From Ministeria vibrans ATCC 50519 (lineage: Eukaryota; Protista; Filasterea): a DNA stretch of 64,000 bases. The DNA is taken from NCBI GenBank assembly GCA_943704425.1, contig CALSCP010001345.1:78370-142369 (forward strand). Reading direction: 5' to 3'. Made by a program: the position numbers and the translations under genes. Numbering within the stretch: position 1 is the first letter of the stretch; each line of letters opens with the position of its first letter. The notes under the pieces were generated by a model. The model was not told where the DNA came from and searched no databases. It was given only the letters and a program-made list of their open reading frames with translations. This document shows, piece after piece, positions 1 to 12,813 of the stretch.

Positions 1-54
1 GTGAACTTTTCGTGAACTTCTCTTGTGTGATAAGTCTAGTTCTTCTTTTCTGTT

Positions 55-539
55 ATGGACTCTTCTTTGCAGACCATGTGTGTCCTTGCTCTCTGTGTCA
101 TGATCGCTGTTGCGAACGCCGCCTTCAACCGCCTGCAGGTCGAGATTTACTGCTCGAACGCCGTGAATGGAATCAATTGGGAAAATGGTGACGAGGGTGC
201 CGCAGATGAGTATCAGCGTCGCTCCTGCACACAGCTCGCGACCAACATGTTCTACTGCAAAACCGACCTGTTCACGTCGAGCACCAGCACCGACTCGTCG
301 TCGTACCTTGTTCACGGCTCTCCGGGAATCATCAACGTGAGTCACACTCCAGTCACACAAACATTACACAACTTATAATTCTCTCTCTATTTTTTCAGCC
401 TAAAATTGAAGACATCGACACGGACACGTTTTCGGTTCGCAATGTGCCAGACTCTGGTGAGCTGGGCGTGGGTGGAACCGTTTCTCTCAATGGCGCAACG
501 TGCACAGTGCTCACCGCCCGAGCCACAATCATCAACTAA
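55..539 (+). CDS. Small secreted hypothetical protein (~140 aa, 2 exons: 55-336, 399-539)
   Basis: Hydrophobic N-terminus (MCVLALCVMIAVANA). A GTGAGT...TTTCAG intron at 337-398 joins in frame to PKIEDIDTDTFSV...IIN*. Several Cys residues. Confidence 0.75.
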
Positions 540-1008
540 ACGGCTGTATACACTTCGTATACCCACGACTATTAAGATGAATTAAAAAGAAGAGAACGCA
601 TTTCCTAACTTGTTATGACTCAACTTCATTCATTCTCTCTTTTCACGCACCCACCCACACACACATACACACACACACATAATCTCAAAAGACATCATTA
701 TCGCTCCAGTGCCGCCACGAAACCACCACCGTTCATTTAAAATAAAATTTAGCAACAGCCCAGGGACAACGCTGAACGTTATCGAATAACGGCCGCCAAC
801 AGCTCTCATGCAAGACTTGCATACTTCTCAAACTTGTTTGCTGTCATCAACTGACAAGCCTCGTCAAGTTGTTCCTCCTTCCACTTCTATAGCCAACTTG
901 ATATTTCTTCTTCCTTCTTCCACTGCTGTTAATTCGGAGTTATTTGTCTCAACTGATTCCGTACGCATCTAATTAGTATCGCGCAGAAACCATTGCTACC
1001 ATTGACTC

Positions 1009-2863
1009 ATGGCTAAACCCCGCCGGCCCACCGCTGGGCGCCTAGGCCATCTTGTGCTTGACCATGCACGCGTACGTTTCAAGTTGATTTTGCTGGATTG
1101 AATAATAATTATTAGTAATAATTCAAACGAAAAACTATCATCAAAATTAATATTAATAATTTTTTTATAATATTTAATCAATGTCAGTGCCTCCTTCATC
1201 AAATCTTGGCTACATTGGCGAGCCTATCTTTGACACGAGTCCTCACGTTCTCACGTCCAGTATTGCCCAAGATGTCGTCCACAATCCCAATCACCATGGT
1301 AACCATTTTTGATGCACGCATTTCAATACAGAAACTGCGGGTGGTCCAGGCGAGCGGGCCAAAGGAAAGCAAATGGTAGCATTAGGCAGCGGCCCACCCA
1401 AAGGACAACTGCCAAGGTGAGCATCTCACGATGGAGACAAAACCAAAAATCCAATTCATTAAGTGCCTATTCGTAGCGCCACCGCTCTTGACCGCACCTT
1501 CGTGAGAGTATTCGAGGGTGAGGCCTACCAAAATCCCCAAGACGAAGAGAGAAAGTCGCGGCGAAAGGCCAAGGTTCGAAATGAGACACACACAATCGCA
1601 AGACGTACTATATGTAATGACAAACACATGTTTGAATTCTCAGAAAAAGAATCTCGCGGGGCCCTTCCGACCAGCCGGAGGAGCACCCAAGTCGAGTGGC
1701 AAGGGCTCAGACTATGGCACAATTGGTAGCGACAAGCGCAAATACTTTTCGCCCGAGTTTGCGGGACAGGCACGCCGCAGTCGTAAACCACGACAAATGC
1801 TCGGTGGTCGGGGAGGCGGAACCCTCTCCGAATATCCCTCGCACGGCACTGACGGTTATGAGCTTGACCGTGTCGTTGCAAAGGTTAACATACATATCAT
1901 TAGTTTGTGTGTGATCGCACGTTCAGTGCACGTAGAGCTTAATTATAATTAGTGTGTTTACTGTGTATATACATGTGTATGGTGTGTCTAGTACAATATG
2001 TCTGTATGTGTCTATGTGTTTAGTACATATAATGCGGACGTCACTCATGTGTTGACTTTCACAGGCTGAACGGCGACGCAAAAAGAGTCGCAATGTGAGT
2101 GACAAACCATTCACTAAAGACCACGCACGGGATGTGTTCGACACAAATCCTTTTAAAGAGCCTCCGGGTCCCACCTACCGTCGTCCCTCCGCCAAACCAA
2201 AGGTATATAGCAAAGAAAGTATCAAAAAACTTTTGATGACATTGTGTGGCTTTTTTCTTTTAGACTGGCACATTCCAACCGACAAACCCATCGCGCACGG
2301 GCACAATTGGCCCGTACCCATCGCACTCAGCAGACGCATACAACGACAAGCCCATGAAGCTGCGCTCCACTACATCTACCACCGATCGCGACACAGGGGT
2401 GTTCCGCCCCACCTGCCCTGCTAAAGAGACGCCAACGCCCTCTGTGCTCCGCCGCAACGTCGACAAAGACGCAAAGACCCGCAAAGGTTGTCGATCCACA
2501 ACAACTACAACAGCAACAACAACAGCAGGCGCGACTGAGAAAAGCTCAGTCAGCGAAAGGCCCTCGGCTGTACCCAACACGACAAAGACAACAACCGCCA
2601 GTTATGATAAAAGTCGCACCACAGCCAAAGTGGTCTCGTCCCACCACACCGTCACCGCCACAACTGCACATCCCATCCCATTTGCCACAGCCTCCCACTC
2701 CCTCCGCACTCGTACACTCCCTCCTTCTCTTTCCGCAACCCACAGTCGCTCCTACGCTTCTGTTACCATGACAACGCACTCGGTCGTCCCGTCTTTACCT
2801 GCACTTCCACCGCCTATCACGCACCGCCATATCTCAACGACCATCAGCAACCTCACTCATTAA
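1009..2863 (+). CDS. CFAP96: Cilia/flagella-associated protein CFAP96 (C4orf47/UPF0602)-like, multi-exon, with Thr/Ser-rich tail
   Basis: Spliced exons give KGKQMV, DRTFVRVFEGEAYQNP, KKNLAGPFRP, GKGSDYGTIG, DVFDTNPF and GVFRPTCPAK. These match recalled C4orf47 motifs (FVRIFEGEGY, KKNLGKAFLP, GSYYGTIGG, DYFDANPY). Confidence 0.75.
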
Positions 2864-2954
2864 TAATAATAAAAAATTAGTATTATATTATTACTATTAT
2901 TATTAATTGTTCTGGTTATAAAAGGTATATTTAGTACACGCAGTTGAATTGAGT

Positions 2955-4655
2955 TTAGTCGTGCCAGTCAGTGCCATTGAGTGACTGAGAGGAGTCCTCG
3001 CGATGGATTTGGGCGCGACGGGAGTCGAGAGCAGATGAGAGACGCTCGGCCATCGTACTGTTGTTGCTGTTACTGTTGTTGCTGTCGTTGGGAAATGGAG
3101 GCGGGGGAGGGGCCTCGCTAAGAGGACGGAGGGCGGTGGCGCCAGAGCGAATGGAGTCGAGGAGAGCCCGACCGAGGGTGGCGGAAGGGGATGATGGGGA
3201 CGAGGGGGAGTCGATGGGAGGAGGTGGGAGGGGCGGGGCGGGAGACTGTGACTCTTGCTGTTGGGCGACTTGTTGGCGGAGGCGTTGGATTTCGTCGAGT
3301 GCTTGTTGGAGCTCCAGCGCGTTGGTGTCGCCTGGTGGTGGTACCGTTGACGGGGGCGGAGGTGGGGGGAGGGGAAGGGTCGATAAAAGAGAGGGTGTAA
3401 GAGGGGGCGGAGGCAGTGAGGCGGGAAAGAAAAGGTCGGGAGGGGGAAGGGGGAGATCTGTTAGGGGAGGGGGAGGAGACGAAGGAGAGCACAGACTGAA
3501 GGCTGACTCATCACCGACGTCAAACAGGGCGTCGTGAGAGTAGTTGGTGGGTGTAACGAGAAGTTCGGAGGAAGCGTCGTGCAAGTTGCTGTGCTCAATG
3601 ACTTCTTCGAGGTCGTCTATGGCGTCGATAGAGGGTGGACGGTCGGTGGTGGCTTGTTGGAGGCGCGCAAGAAGAATGGTGCGAGGAAGGGATGCTGAGG
3701 AGGAGGGCGAGAATGAAGAGGAGGAAGAGGAAGTCGCGCCGGTGGTGGACGAGGCACAGGTTGAATTGGACGTCAGACTTGCAGTGCTTGTCGAGTTGTG
3801 TGCAGAGAATTGCAATGGTAATGAGGGAGGTAGAGGTGGAACCGCAGCGGCAACAACAGCCACGTTTTCTACTCCTCGTTCGCCCTCTTCCTGCGTCTCT
3901 TGCTCCTCCTCCTCCTCCTCGTCGTCGTCGTCGTCGTCGCTCATGGCGTCAATTGGAGGGAGCGACGAGGGACGATTGGACGAGGCATGAACGAGTCTGT
4001 CGATACTTGCTGGCCGCGGACGACGGGTGCCAGGGTCTTCGTTGATGGCCATGGCGGAGGTGCGGTCGAGGGGCGGGGGCATGTCAACGTCGTCGAATGA
4101 GATGGCAAAGGCAGATGTGGAGTCGCGCGAGAGCGCTGGTGGAGCACTGTCGTCGATATGCCCATCGTATGAGATGGCAAAGGCAGACGTGGAGTCGCGC
4201 GAGAGCGCTGGTGGAGCACTGTCGTCGATATGCCCATCGTATGAGATGGCAAAGGCAGATGTGGAGTCGCGCGAGAGCGCTGGCGGCCCGTCTCGGGTGG
4301 CGTCGCTGCCGCCATTCGTTAGAACGGTGCATTGTGTAGGGCTGCGAGCCACGGCAGGGTCCATCGCGAGGTCGGATGGGCGGTAATCGGCAGAAGACGA
4401 ACATGCCGTTGATGAGCTTTTTTTGGCGTCGGCTTGTGCGGGCACCACCGAGGCTGCAGGGGCCGCGGGGACGCCGGCAGGCGGTGGAGGCAGGGCCAGG
4501 GCGGGCGGGGGACGGCGGTGGACGACGGTCGTGCCGCGGTGCCCTTGGCGGATCGACGGCGAGTCGGCCGGACGACTGCGCTTCACCACGGCGTGCGCAC
4601 GCTGCGACACCGCATCAAACACCACCTTGGTCTCACTAATGACCTTTTCAATCAT
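2955..4655 (-). CDS. Proline-rich protein with C-terminal WH2-Central-Acidic (VCA) module; WASP-family-like nucleation-promoting factor
   Basis: Polyproline runs, WH2 GRALLDSIRSGATALRPL, central helix MAERLSSALDSRRAQIH, terminal DWHD with the conserved Trp. Probable ATG at 4655. Confidence 0.75.
   Translation of the reverse strand: MIEKVISETKVVFDAVSQRAHAVVKRSRPADSPSIRQGHRGTTVVHRRPPPALALPPPPAGVPAAPAASVVPAQADAKKSSSTACSSSADYRPSDLAMDPAVARSPTQCTVLTNGGSDATRDGPPALSRDSTSAFAISYDGHIDDSAPPALSRDSTSAFAISYDGHIDDSAPPALSRDSTSAFAISFDDVDMPPPLDRTSAMAINEDPGTRRPRPASIDRLVHASSNRPSSLPPIDAMSDDDDDDEEEEEEQETQEEGERGVENVAVVAAAVPPLPPSLPLQFSAHNSTSTASLTSNSTCASSTTGATSSSSSSFSPSSSASLPRTILLARLQQATTDRPPSIDAIDDLEEVIEHSNLHDASSELLVTPTNYSHDALFDVGDESAFSLCSPSSPPPPLTDLPLPPPDLFFPASLPPPPLTPSLLSTLPLPPPPPPSTVPPPGDTNALELQQALDEIQRLRQQVAQQQESQSPAPPLPPPPIDSPSSPSSPSATLGRALLDSIRSGATALRPLSEAPPPPPFPNDSNNSNSNNSTMAERLSSALDSRRAQIHREDSSQSLNGTDWHD
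4099..4285. repeat. 72-bp coding tandem repeat (~2.6 copies; PPALSRDSTSAFAISYDGHIDDSA)
   Basis: Near-identical DNA units seen directly within the VCA gene. Confidence 0.9.
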
Positions 4656-4790
4656 CAGAAGAATAAAAATAAAAATCAATGAGATGATTGAGAATTTGAG
4701 ATCGGACTTTGAGTAAAAAATAAATTGCGACAGTCGAAGTTTCTATTCATTCACTTTTTCTTTTTTGATCTTCCTCGCATTTGCCATCGG

Positions 4791-7346
4791 ATGACGAGCC
4801 TTCCCTGCTCGCGTGCGTGGTGGTTCAGTCGACCGTCGGATGCGCCGGCGAAGACGCCGTGGGTGCCGTTCAGCCAGGAGGACACGGCGCGGCTGGAGCA
4901 GGCGTACGGGCGGGGGGCGACGGGGACAGTGGCGGTGCGAAGTTCACTGGGCGACGTCGACCTGGCGACGCGCACGTGCACTCCCGCGTACAGCTTTGCC
5001 GGGTACCCTCTCCACGCCGTTCTGCCCGCATGTCCTGACCGTTAGCCTGTGTGTGTGTGTGTTTTTTTTTGTCTTTTGTTAGTACGTCGGAAGTCGTCCA
5101 GCGCAGCTTCTGGTTTCAGGGCGCACTGCGTCCCGGCGACCACGCCAACGTCGACAAGGCGTCCAAGCTCGTGCCCGTCGACGAGATCCTTGGCGACATC
5201 CTCGAGCAGGTCTTCTATCAGCAGCTGTGGCTTCAAGCGCCTCCCAAGCCCACTTCGTCGTCTGCGTCCGTTTCCCTCGACAAGGACCCGCGCGTTGTGC
5301 GTCTCCCCGAAATCCCGGGTCACAAAAAGCGCTACCTGATCGTCTTCTATGCCATCGATGACATTCTCCTTGTGCCCGACGATCTTCTCACGCAGACAAG
5401 TTCCAATCTGGTCGGACTGCGTGTGCGCGGCGAGCCGCTCACTCGCTCAAGCGAGTACGCCCCTCTCATCTGTGCAGCGCCCGTTGGCAATGCTGAAGCA
5501 CCCATGCGTCACCTGGTACTCTTTGTGCACGGTATTGGCCAGCGCTACTTTGCCAATCTCGAGACGGAGGTCACCACCATGCGCACCATCATGGAAGAGA
5601 TGTACGCCGAGCACTTTGGGCCAATCTGGTCGAAGCAGCGCTTGCAACTTCTCCCAGTCGAATGGCGCTCGGACCTTGCACTCTCTTCCATCAAAACAAC
5701 TCTTCCAGAGGGGGTCAATGAAGGTCCAAAACATAAGACCCCCCCCCAAAAAAAAAAATACACTCAATGTTGTCCGTGTTTTTTTATTTTATTTTTACAG
5801 GTAACAGTGCGACTATTGAAGACCTTACACTCCCAGCCTCGGGATCACTCCGCCGCGCTGCCAATGATATTCTTTTGGACATTCTCTACTACACTTCGTC
5901 ACGTCACTGTCAGCTCATTGTGGATCATCTAACAGATACTCTCAATCGCACTGTCGAAACGTTTCTCTCGCGTCACCCAAACTTCACAAAGGTACAAACG
6001 CAAACAAAAAAGAAAGCGACAGAGTGAGAGAGTGGGTGGTACATTGTATGTGGATGTGTTTGTGTGTGTTTGTGTGATTCTCCTATCCCTTTTTGGGTAG
6101 TACAATTTGTACTGTGTGTTTTTCGTCACTAGTCTTTTCTAATCACGAACTATTTTCTTTTCAGGACGGCGGAAAAATATCAATTGTCGGCCACTCGCTA
6201 GGTTCGGTGCTGAGCTTTGACATTGTGAGTCATCAAAAGTACCTTTCGGCGGATGGCACAGAGTCCTATGCGCGCGACGAATCCGACGACATTCGTGCAC
6301 TGCGCCTGAAGATTGACGAGCTTCAACGTCTGCTGGCAGAGAAGGAACGCGCTCAACAGCAGCAAGCGGAGGCAGCGCCCGTCTGTCCAGAGACGTCACT
6401 GCCCGAATCACTGCGCGACCAACTCAAGGCCATTCATCGAGACAAACCCATTCACTACCGTCCACTCACCTTCCACACGCACAACCTGTACCTCGTTGGC
6501 TCCCCCGTTGGACTCTTCCTCGCCCTTCGCGGCGCCACCGTCGGGCCCAGTGGCACCTACGCGCCCCTTTGCGACAACTTCTTTAACATCTTTCATCCAT
6601 ACGATCCCATTGCGTACCGTATTGAGCCCATTGTTTCCCAATCACTGGCCGCAACGAAACCCTTTTGTGTTCCGCATCACAAAGTACCTCCTTTGAAAGA
6701 GAGAAGAGAGAGAGGAGGGTGATAGAAACAACATGATAGAGAGGGACCGAGAGGAGAAACAAAGTGATAGAGAAAACAAATAGAGAGAGGAGGGTGAAAG
6801 AAACAACATGATAGAGAGGGACCGAGAGGAGAAACAAAGTGATAGAGAAAACAAATAGAGAGAGGAGGGTGAAAGAAACAAAGTAGTGGAGGGAAAAACA
6901 AACAAACGACACTGATATATCCCATTCAATTTTCTTTTTTTTTGTTTTAGAGTCGGAGTGGCAAGCGAGTGCACTATGCCGTTGACGATGCCATCCAGAA
7001 GGGCAAGAAGCTCTTTAGCAACGTGTCTGCCTTCTGCCGCCAGGCCTCGCGTTCCGTCGTTGCTTCTGCCTCGGAGTCCTCGACAGAAAAAGACGCAGAA
7101 CATGATGTTGAACAACAGAAAAAAGCGCTGTCTCGCGCCACAGACGAACAACTCGCTCCATTCAACTCCTTTCATCGACTGGACTTTGCGCTGCAAGAAC
7201 CCATGGGAGCAAATGCGTACGTGGGCGCACTTGGCGCGCATGTCTCGTACAATTCGTCAAAGGACACCTGTCTGTTCATTCTCGCTCAGCTGTTCCCGCA
7301 AGTGTCAGCTTCCAAACCAGAAAGTGAGACCGCTGACGAACAATAA
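4791..7346 (+). CDS. DDHD-domain intracellular phospholipase A1 (SEC23IP/DDHD2-like) with N-terminal WWE-like region, about 5 exons
   Basis: WVPFSQEDTARLEQAY (WWE-like), HLVLFVHGIG, LLPVEWR, DILLDILYYTS, lipase motif GHSLG, FFNIFHPYDPIAYRIEP, RLDFALQE, HVSY. Introns are GT-AG. Confidence 0.9.
6700..6895. repeat. 75-bp GA-rich tandem repeat (~2.4 copies) inside the DDHD intron, carrying the dispersed ATCACTTTGTTTCT motif in antisense
   Basis: Unit starts recur at 6712, 6787 and 6862. Confidence 0.85.
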
Positions 7347-7386
7347 AAGCAACCAGAAAAAAAAATCTTTTGCTTTACTTTCTTGT

Positions 7387-8588
7387 TCACTTGCGATTGA
7401 GCTCTGCAATAGAAAAGGAGCGAAATGCCAGCGCCATGTCGACCACATTGGCGCGCATTTCTTCCACTCGCACACACGTCAGCTGTCCATCCTCCCCATA
7501 GTTTCCTATATCAAATTTCTTGAGTTTATTTCGTTTTCGCCATCGCGTACCAATCAACCGGTATGCACTTCCCATACGCAACTGACACGAAGAATATCCA
7601 TTCGACCAAAGAACGCATCTAGGAATATAATAATCATGAAAATTGTCAATTAATTACAAGCAACAAAAAAAAAGCACTCCTCTTCTCGACAGGAATGTCT
7701 CGAGAAGAGATCTAGACCGGTTCTTCGACCGAATATGAAAACTATTAATAATCCAATAATTATAAGACGCACTTGAGTTGCGCTGGAGGCGCTGCAGTAC
7801 TTGAAGCACTATGCAGAGCTTGCTCACTCGCTCGATGATACGCAATCATGCTGCTGCTGCGACTACCACCACCACCTCCTCCTCCTCCTCCTCCACGCAG
7901 GCTCTTCGCAGGAAGTGCGTCGGTCACGTCAAATTCGAGTCGTTTGAAGGCGTACGCACTCGACGGCGTTTTCGGCTGCTTCACCAACACACCGTACACT
8001 TCGACAAGACCCTGTCGACGCACAATGTGAGTTGCTCCATATTCTTCAAGGTCGCCCACAGAGAGCGTCAGAAAAGAGGGTGAAGCTGGCACACTGGCGG
8101 ATTTCTTGCGCGTCGTCGCAAACTTGTTTGAAGCCTGAAATGAAGCATTACTTTGTTGCAGTTTCATTGCGTTGCATTGGGCTTACGTTTGGGCTGACAG
8201 AGGAGGCTGTAGTTGAAGTATGATAGACTGAGGTGGCCAGACGTGGCGTTCCACTGGTTGCCCGTTTGTTTCCAGGCGAAGAAGGCACACTGCAAGAAAA
8301 ATGAGAATTTATGCGGGAACGCAGACAGACATAAAAATAAAACATGAAGAAAAAAAAACGGTTTCCCTCTCGAAAATTGCTTGGTAGAGCAACGATTCTG
8401 TGTCAGATTGTATCTGATACGACACCACATGTAGCAGCGCCGTGCACGTACGTGGTGGCGGTGGCAGAGCGAGATTCACTTTGGACCGGAATGGCCTCGC
8501 GAAAAGCAGCTGAAGCACCAACTGCACGACGTTTGGAGGCCGGCTGAGGATATCCAAGAGGGCGAATGTGAGAGTGGGAGCTCTGCAT
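7387..8588 (-). CDS. SPATA22-like OB-fold ssDNA-binding protein (multi-exon)
   Basis: Spliced C-terminus LVEVYGVL...QLKCVLWSNGYSSCQLRMGSAYRLIGNYGEDGQLTCVRVEE resembles the recalled SPATA22 OB fold (LFEVLAVL...LPCVFYEIDRELPRLIRGRVHRCVGNYD...FQCVSVR). The N-terminus is low-complexity. Confidence 0.5.
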
Positions 8589-8780
8589 CAGAATGTTGAA
8601 AAGAAATGAATCATAATATTTTTTATTTTATTTGATCACAAACAATACGCGAACAGAAACCACTCAGAACCACACTTCAAATCAACAGAAACATCTAGAT
8701 GAAGCGGAGACAAGTTGAGCCATGGCCAGACGAGCGAAAATAAAATGTATATTATATCATTATATTTATATAAAAGAAGT

Positions 8781-11769
8781 TTATTTGAGGAAGAGGAGCG
8801 ATACAAACCCGGATTGGTCGGGTGGAGACACACCCACGATGACGTCGACGTGACTGTCGTCGTTAACAAAGCCGGCAAAGGCAATGCTGGTGCCAAAGGC
8901 GAGTTCGGCGTCTGGAGAGGGGGGTGATGCGCCAGGACCCGATTCAGTGAGCGATTGGATGGCGCGTATGGAGCCATCAAAGTTGAGAAAGCAGAGGTGT
9001 GCATGGCCCACACTCGACGAGTCTGACACATTCGATGTGGCCAGCAGCAAGTCTGGGATACCGTCCTGGTCAACATCACGACCACCTCCTAGTGCATACT
9101 GCGACATTGTGTCCGAGACAATCTCGGTTTCGCCCAAAGCGAATCCATCAGCATCGAGGAACACCACAAAGACGCCTGTGTCAGTGGCTACCGCAATGTC
9201 GCTCGTGGTGTCCCCATTCACATCGCCGAGGGACGTCAAGGCGCTGCCAAAATGCCCTCCGTCGACTAGCAGGCCACGGAAGCCGCCCTCCACCGACGAG
9301 AGCCAGCCTGTGAGCGTAAACGCATTGGTGTCGGTCAGTTTCATCAGGGCAAGCGCGCCTCGATCTGCACCGCCCGCGTCACGTCCCGGCGCACCCACCA
9401 CAAAGAGTCGATCGCTGCCTAGGGAAGCAACGGACGCACCAAAGTGGTCGTCGACTTGCAACACACTCGAGAGGGTGTGGGAACGCGCAACAACTGTAAC
9501 GGTGGTACCATGCCAGCCTCGCTCCAGCTCCACCAGGTACACCTGGCCATACTCAAAGGCACGCGGTGCGCCCACGATCAGTCGTACACGCTCAGAAGTG
9601 GTCTCTAGTACGGTCAAAGCCGCTCCAAACCACGCTGATAACGATGGAACTCCAAGCACGGCCTGCGACGGCACGACGGAGATGTCGCGCTTGACTCGAC
9701 CGTCATGACGCAGATAGAGCACATAGAGACCCCCCGTGCCAGACGTCTGGCCCTTCTCGCCAACCACAACATCATCAATCCCGTCCCCATCCAGGTCACC
9801 CACGCTCACCACAGCAGAGCCCGTGAGGTCGGCGGCGAGCAGCGGGCGGGAGAATCCACCGGACGCGAGACTTTGCCGTCGCTCCTCCTCCATCGACACA
9901 TTCGCATGTGTGGCATCCCACTTCAACTGCACAACAATAATAGCGCCTGCATTGTCTCCAACCTGCGACCATCCGGGCGTGCCCACAGCCACACGCGCGT
10001 TCACTCCCGACTGCCAATCAATTCCCATCAGACCCTGTCCAAAGCGACGCGATCCAGTCACATCCGAAACCAGTCCACTGCTCAGTGTCCCCTCGATGAG
10101 ATGCCCACTCTTGACCATTCCACTCTGGAACAGCAGCAAAATGTAGATGGAGCCTCGCTCGCTCGCAGCGCCGGGAACACCAACAACCAAGTCGACCACG
10201 CCATCTCCTACAGCGAATAATAAAAAAAAACCCCCCCCCGCATGAGTACAAACAAAAATACACTCGTATAGACATGTACTCACCGTTGAGGTCACCAATG
10301 GTCGCAATGGAGGCACCAAATTCGTCTGATGCTGAGATTGACTGAGGGAGAATGGTGTTGGAGCGAACGACGGTGCCATCGCGGTTAAATGTGCGATGGT
10401 AAACTACATTGTCACCCGGTGAGCCCATGTAGACGTCGGTGAAGAGACCTAGGTTCTGCAGGTCGCCTGCGATACACACGCTCGAGCCAAAACGACTCGC
10501 GCTAGACTGACCGAGAGCGAGTGTGACCGAGTTGCGACTGCGGTCCACCGTCCCGTTTGCGTGCATATACACCAGATGGATCTTACCCGAGCCAATGTTG
10601 GGCTCGCCAATGAACAGATCAACCACACCGTCGCCGTCGATGTCGCCGACAGCAAGAGCACTGCCGAATTCCGTGTCAACCGAGATGAAGAGCTGTTCGT
10701 AGTCGATGAACGTTGAGGTGTACAGTTGTCCATCATGAGAGAGAGTGGACGTGTAGACAAATCCAATGGAGTGGCTGGTGCCCGACTCGGGTGACGGCAC
10801 ACCAACCATGAGGTCGGGGATACCGTCTTCATTGATGTCGCCCAGAAGAGCCAGGGCATAGCCATACTGTGAGTCGACGCGTGTGCGCACACTTTTGATC
10901 AAACTCGTCTCACGGACAGAGCCATCGTCGCGCATGAATAGGATCATAATGGCACCCATGCTGCTGGACACGTCGTTGTGGAATGGACAGCCGACAGCCC
11001 ACTCATCAATGCCGTCGCCGTCAACGTCGCCTGCCTTGATAATGGACCAGCCTAGTTTGCGCTGGGCAACTTCGTTGAAGTCGCGCGTCTCCTCGCCAAT
11101 CCAGACTCCTCCGACCACCGTTCCATTTCCCCCGACAATAGTCCGTGTACAATTACTGCCGTCGCCGGAGAAGCCAAGCTCGCAGGCGCACGAGTACTGG
11201 CCGGGGCCTTGGTAGAGACACAGCGAATGCGCACTCGCACTACAATTGTGTGTGCCGTCGACACACTTGTTGATGGCCGTACACGTAAAGCCACTACCGC
11301 GGTATCCACTGTCGCATGAACATACAGCCGCACCCGAAGCGAGCGTTGAGCAGATAGCGTTGGGGGAGCAACGTGAGCATGTGCCTTAAAAAAAAATTAC
11401 ATTGCGGTTTTGTGGTTCAGTTTCACAGTATATATATATATATAAAAACTGACCGACGTTGGATGGAGGGGTGGAAGTGGATGAAGATGAGAGGGCTTGC
11501 TCGAGCGCAACGACGCGAGAGTGGACGTCGATGCTGGAGTTGGCGAGAAAGAGCGGCGACGCGACGCGAACGTGTCCGCCGGCCGCGGGGTCAATGCGAA
11601 GCTCGCCATTGTCCATGCTGGCACTAAGAGGGGCGGGGGTGGAGGGGGGTGGCGGTAGAAGGGATTAAGGGGGGGGAGAGGGGCGGTAGAAGGGGTGGAA
11701 AGGGTACATGGAGGCATCTTGCGATGACACGGTGCCAATGCACAAAACGAGGCAGAGAAGAAGACTCAT
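8781..11769 (-). CDS. Secreted protein: signal peptide, cubilin-N-like leader, 2 EGF domains, FG-GAP beta-propeller repeats; no TM or GFFKR motif
   Basis: MSLLLCLVLCIGTVSS. EGF motifs CSCDSGYRGSGFTC and CACELGFSGDGSNC. Many GDxDGDGxxDL and FG...GAP motifs across ORFs 10018-11118 and 8781-10379, joined by an intron near 10211-10282. Confidence 0.85.
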
Positions 11770-12004
11770 TGCGACACGAGTAGGGTGATGCAGGCGCCCG
11801 CCTTGTATTGATGCCTGTTGGCGCTTGTATCAGAAGGAAACAAGTTAAAAGTAAAATTATTGGAAATTTCAGTCAAAACTCAAAAGTGAAAGGAAGTGGT
11901 ATAAAACGCAGGGGTAATAATTATGCTATGTTTGCACCAATAACGCCATAGACTTATTAGACTGATTCCAAAAAGATGTTTGCTTATTATTATCATTGCT
12001 ATTA

Positions 12005-12813
12005 TTATGAAGTTGAAGTTACAGGGCTCTTGGACTTGTTGGAAGGGAGCACACCGTGTTCTTCGAGATGGGCAATGGCGTCATAGGAGCGCTGGACGCG
12101 GGCAAGAGCAAGTTGGGCGCGAACTCGTAAGGGATCGCATTGGGCATACGAGCGAATGAGGTCGGGCAAAGAGGTGTCTTGGGCGCGCTGGAGACGCGAC
12201 TCGTGTTCATGACTGAGCATCTGCTGGGTGAACCGATCGCCTTCGGTGGGGACGGTGAGATGAGGGATGAGAGAGAGATCGGGTGCGGGAANNNNNNNNN
12301 GTCGGGGTGGAGACGACGAGGGGTGGGGGTGGGGGTGGTTGCGAGGAGGAGGACGGAGGCGCATGATGGGGTTTGTGCTGTTGCGACGTCTGCTGCTGTG
12401 GCGAAGGGTAGTGCTGAGGAGGGAACGACGGAGGGGTGTGGTAGCCGGGTGGCGCACTGTGTGGCGGGGGGGTGGACGGAGGAGGCGGCGCAGGAGCGGC
12501 AGGAGGAGGGCCGTTAGAAAGACGCCGTTCGTCCCAGCGCGATTGCGGCTGCTGCTGATGATGCGGGGGATGCGAGCGGTGCTGATGGTGTCGAGGAGGC
12601 GGGGTACTGTGTGAAGAGTGTCGCTCATCGCGCGACGACGCGTATGTGCTGTATGAGTCTGAGTTGTGTCGTCTACACACAAATCACACAAAATCACACA
12701 ACTGAAAATGTTTCTTTTCTTTTTTTTTACGGCGGAGGTGATCTAGATCTTCTGCGCGATTGGTGGTACTGTTGAGACTGGTGGCCATGTGGGGAAGGTG
12801 AGTATCGTCGCAT
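12005..12813 (-). CDS. Hypothetical Pro/His/Gln-rich protein with short helical C-terminal domain (2 exons, spans an N-gap)
   Basis: ATG at 12813 (MRRYSPSPHGHQ...RSRSPP) splices into the 12207-12680 frame. The C-terminal part lies in the 12005 frame after the gap. Confidence 0.55.

Noticed and set aside
8781-11769. Integrin alpha subunit
   Set aside because: FG-GAP repeats are present, but there are no thigh/calf domains, TM helix or GFFKR motif, and the propellers are C-terminal.
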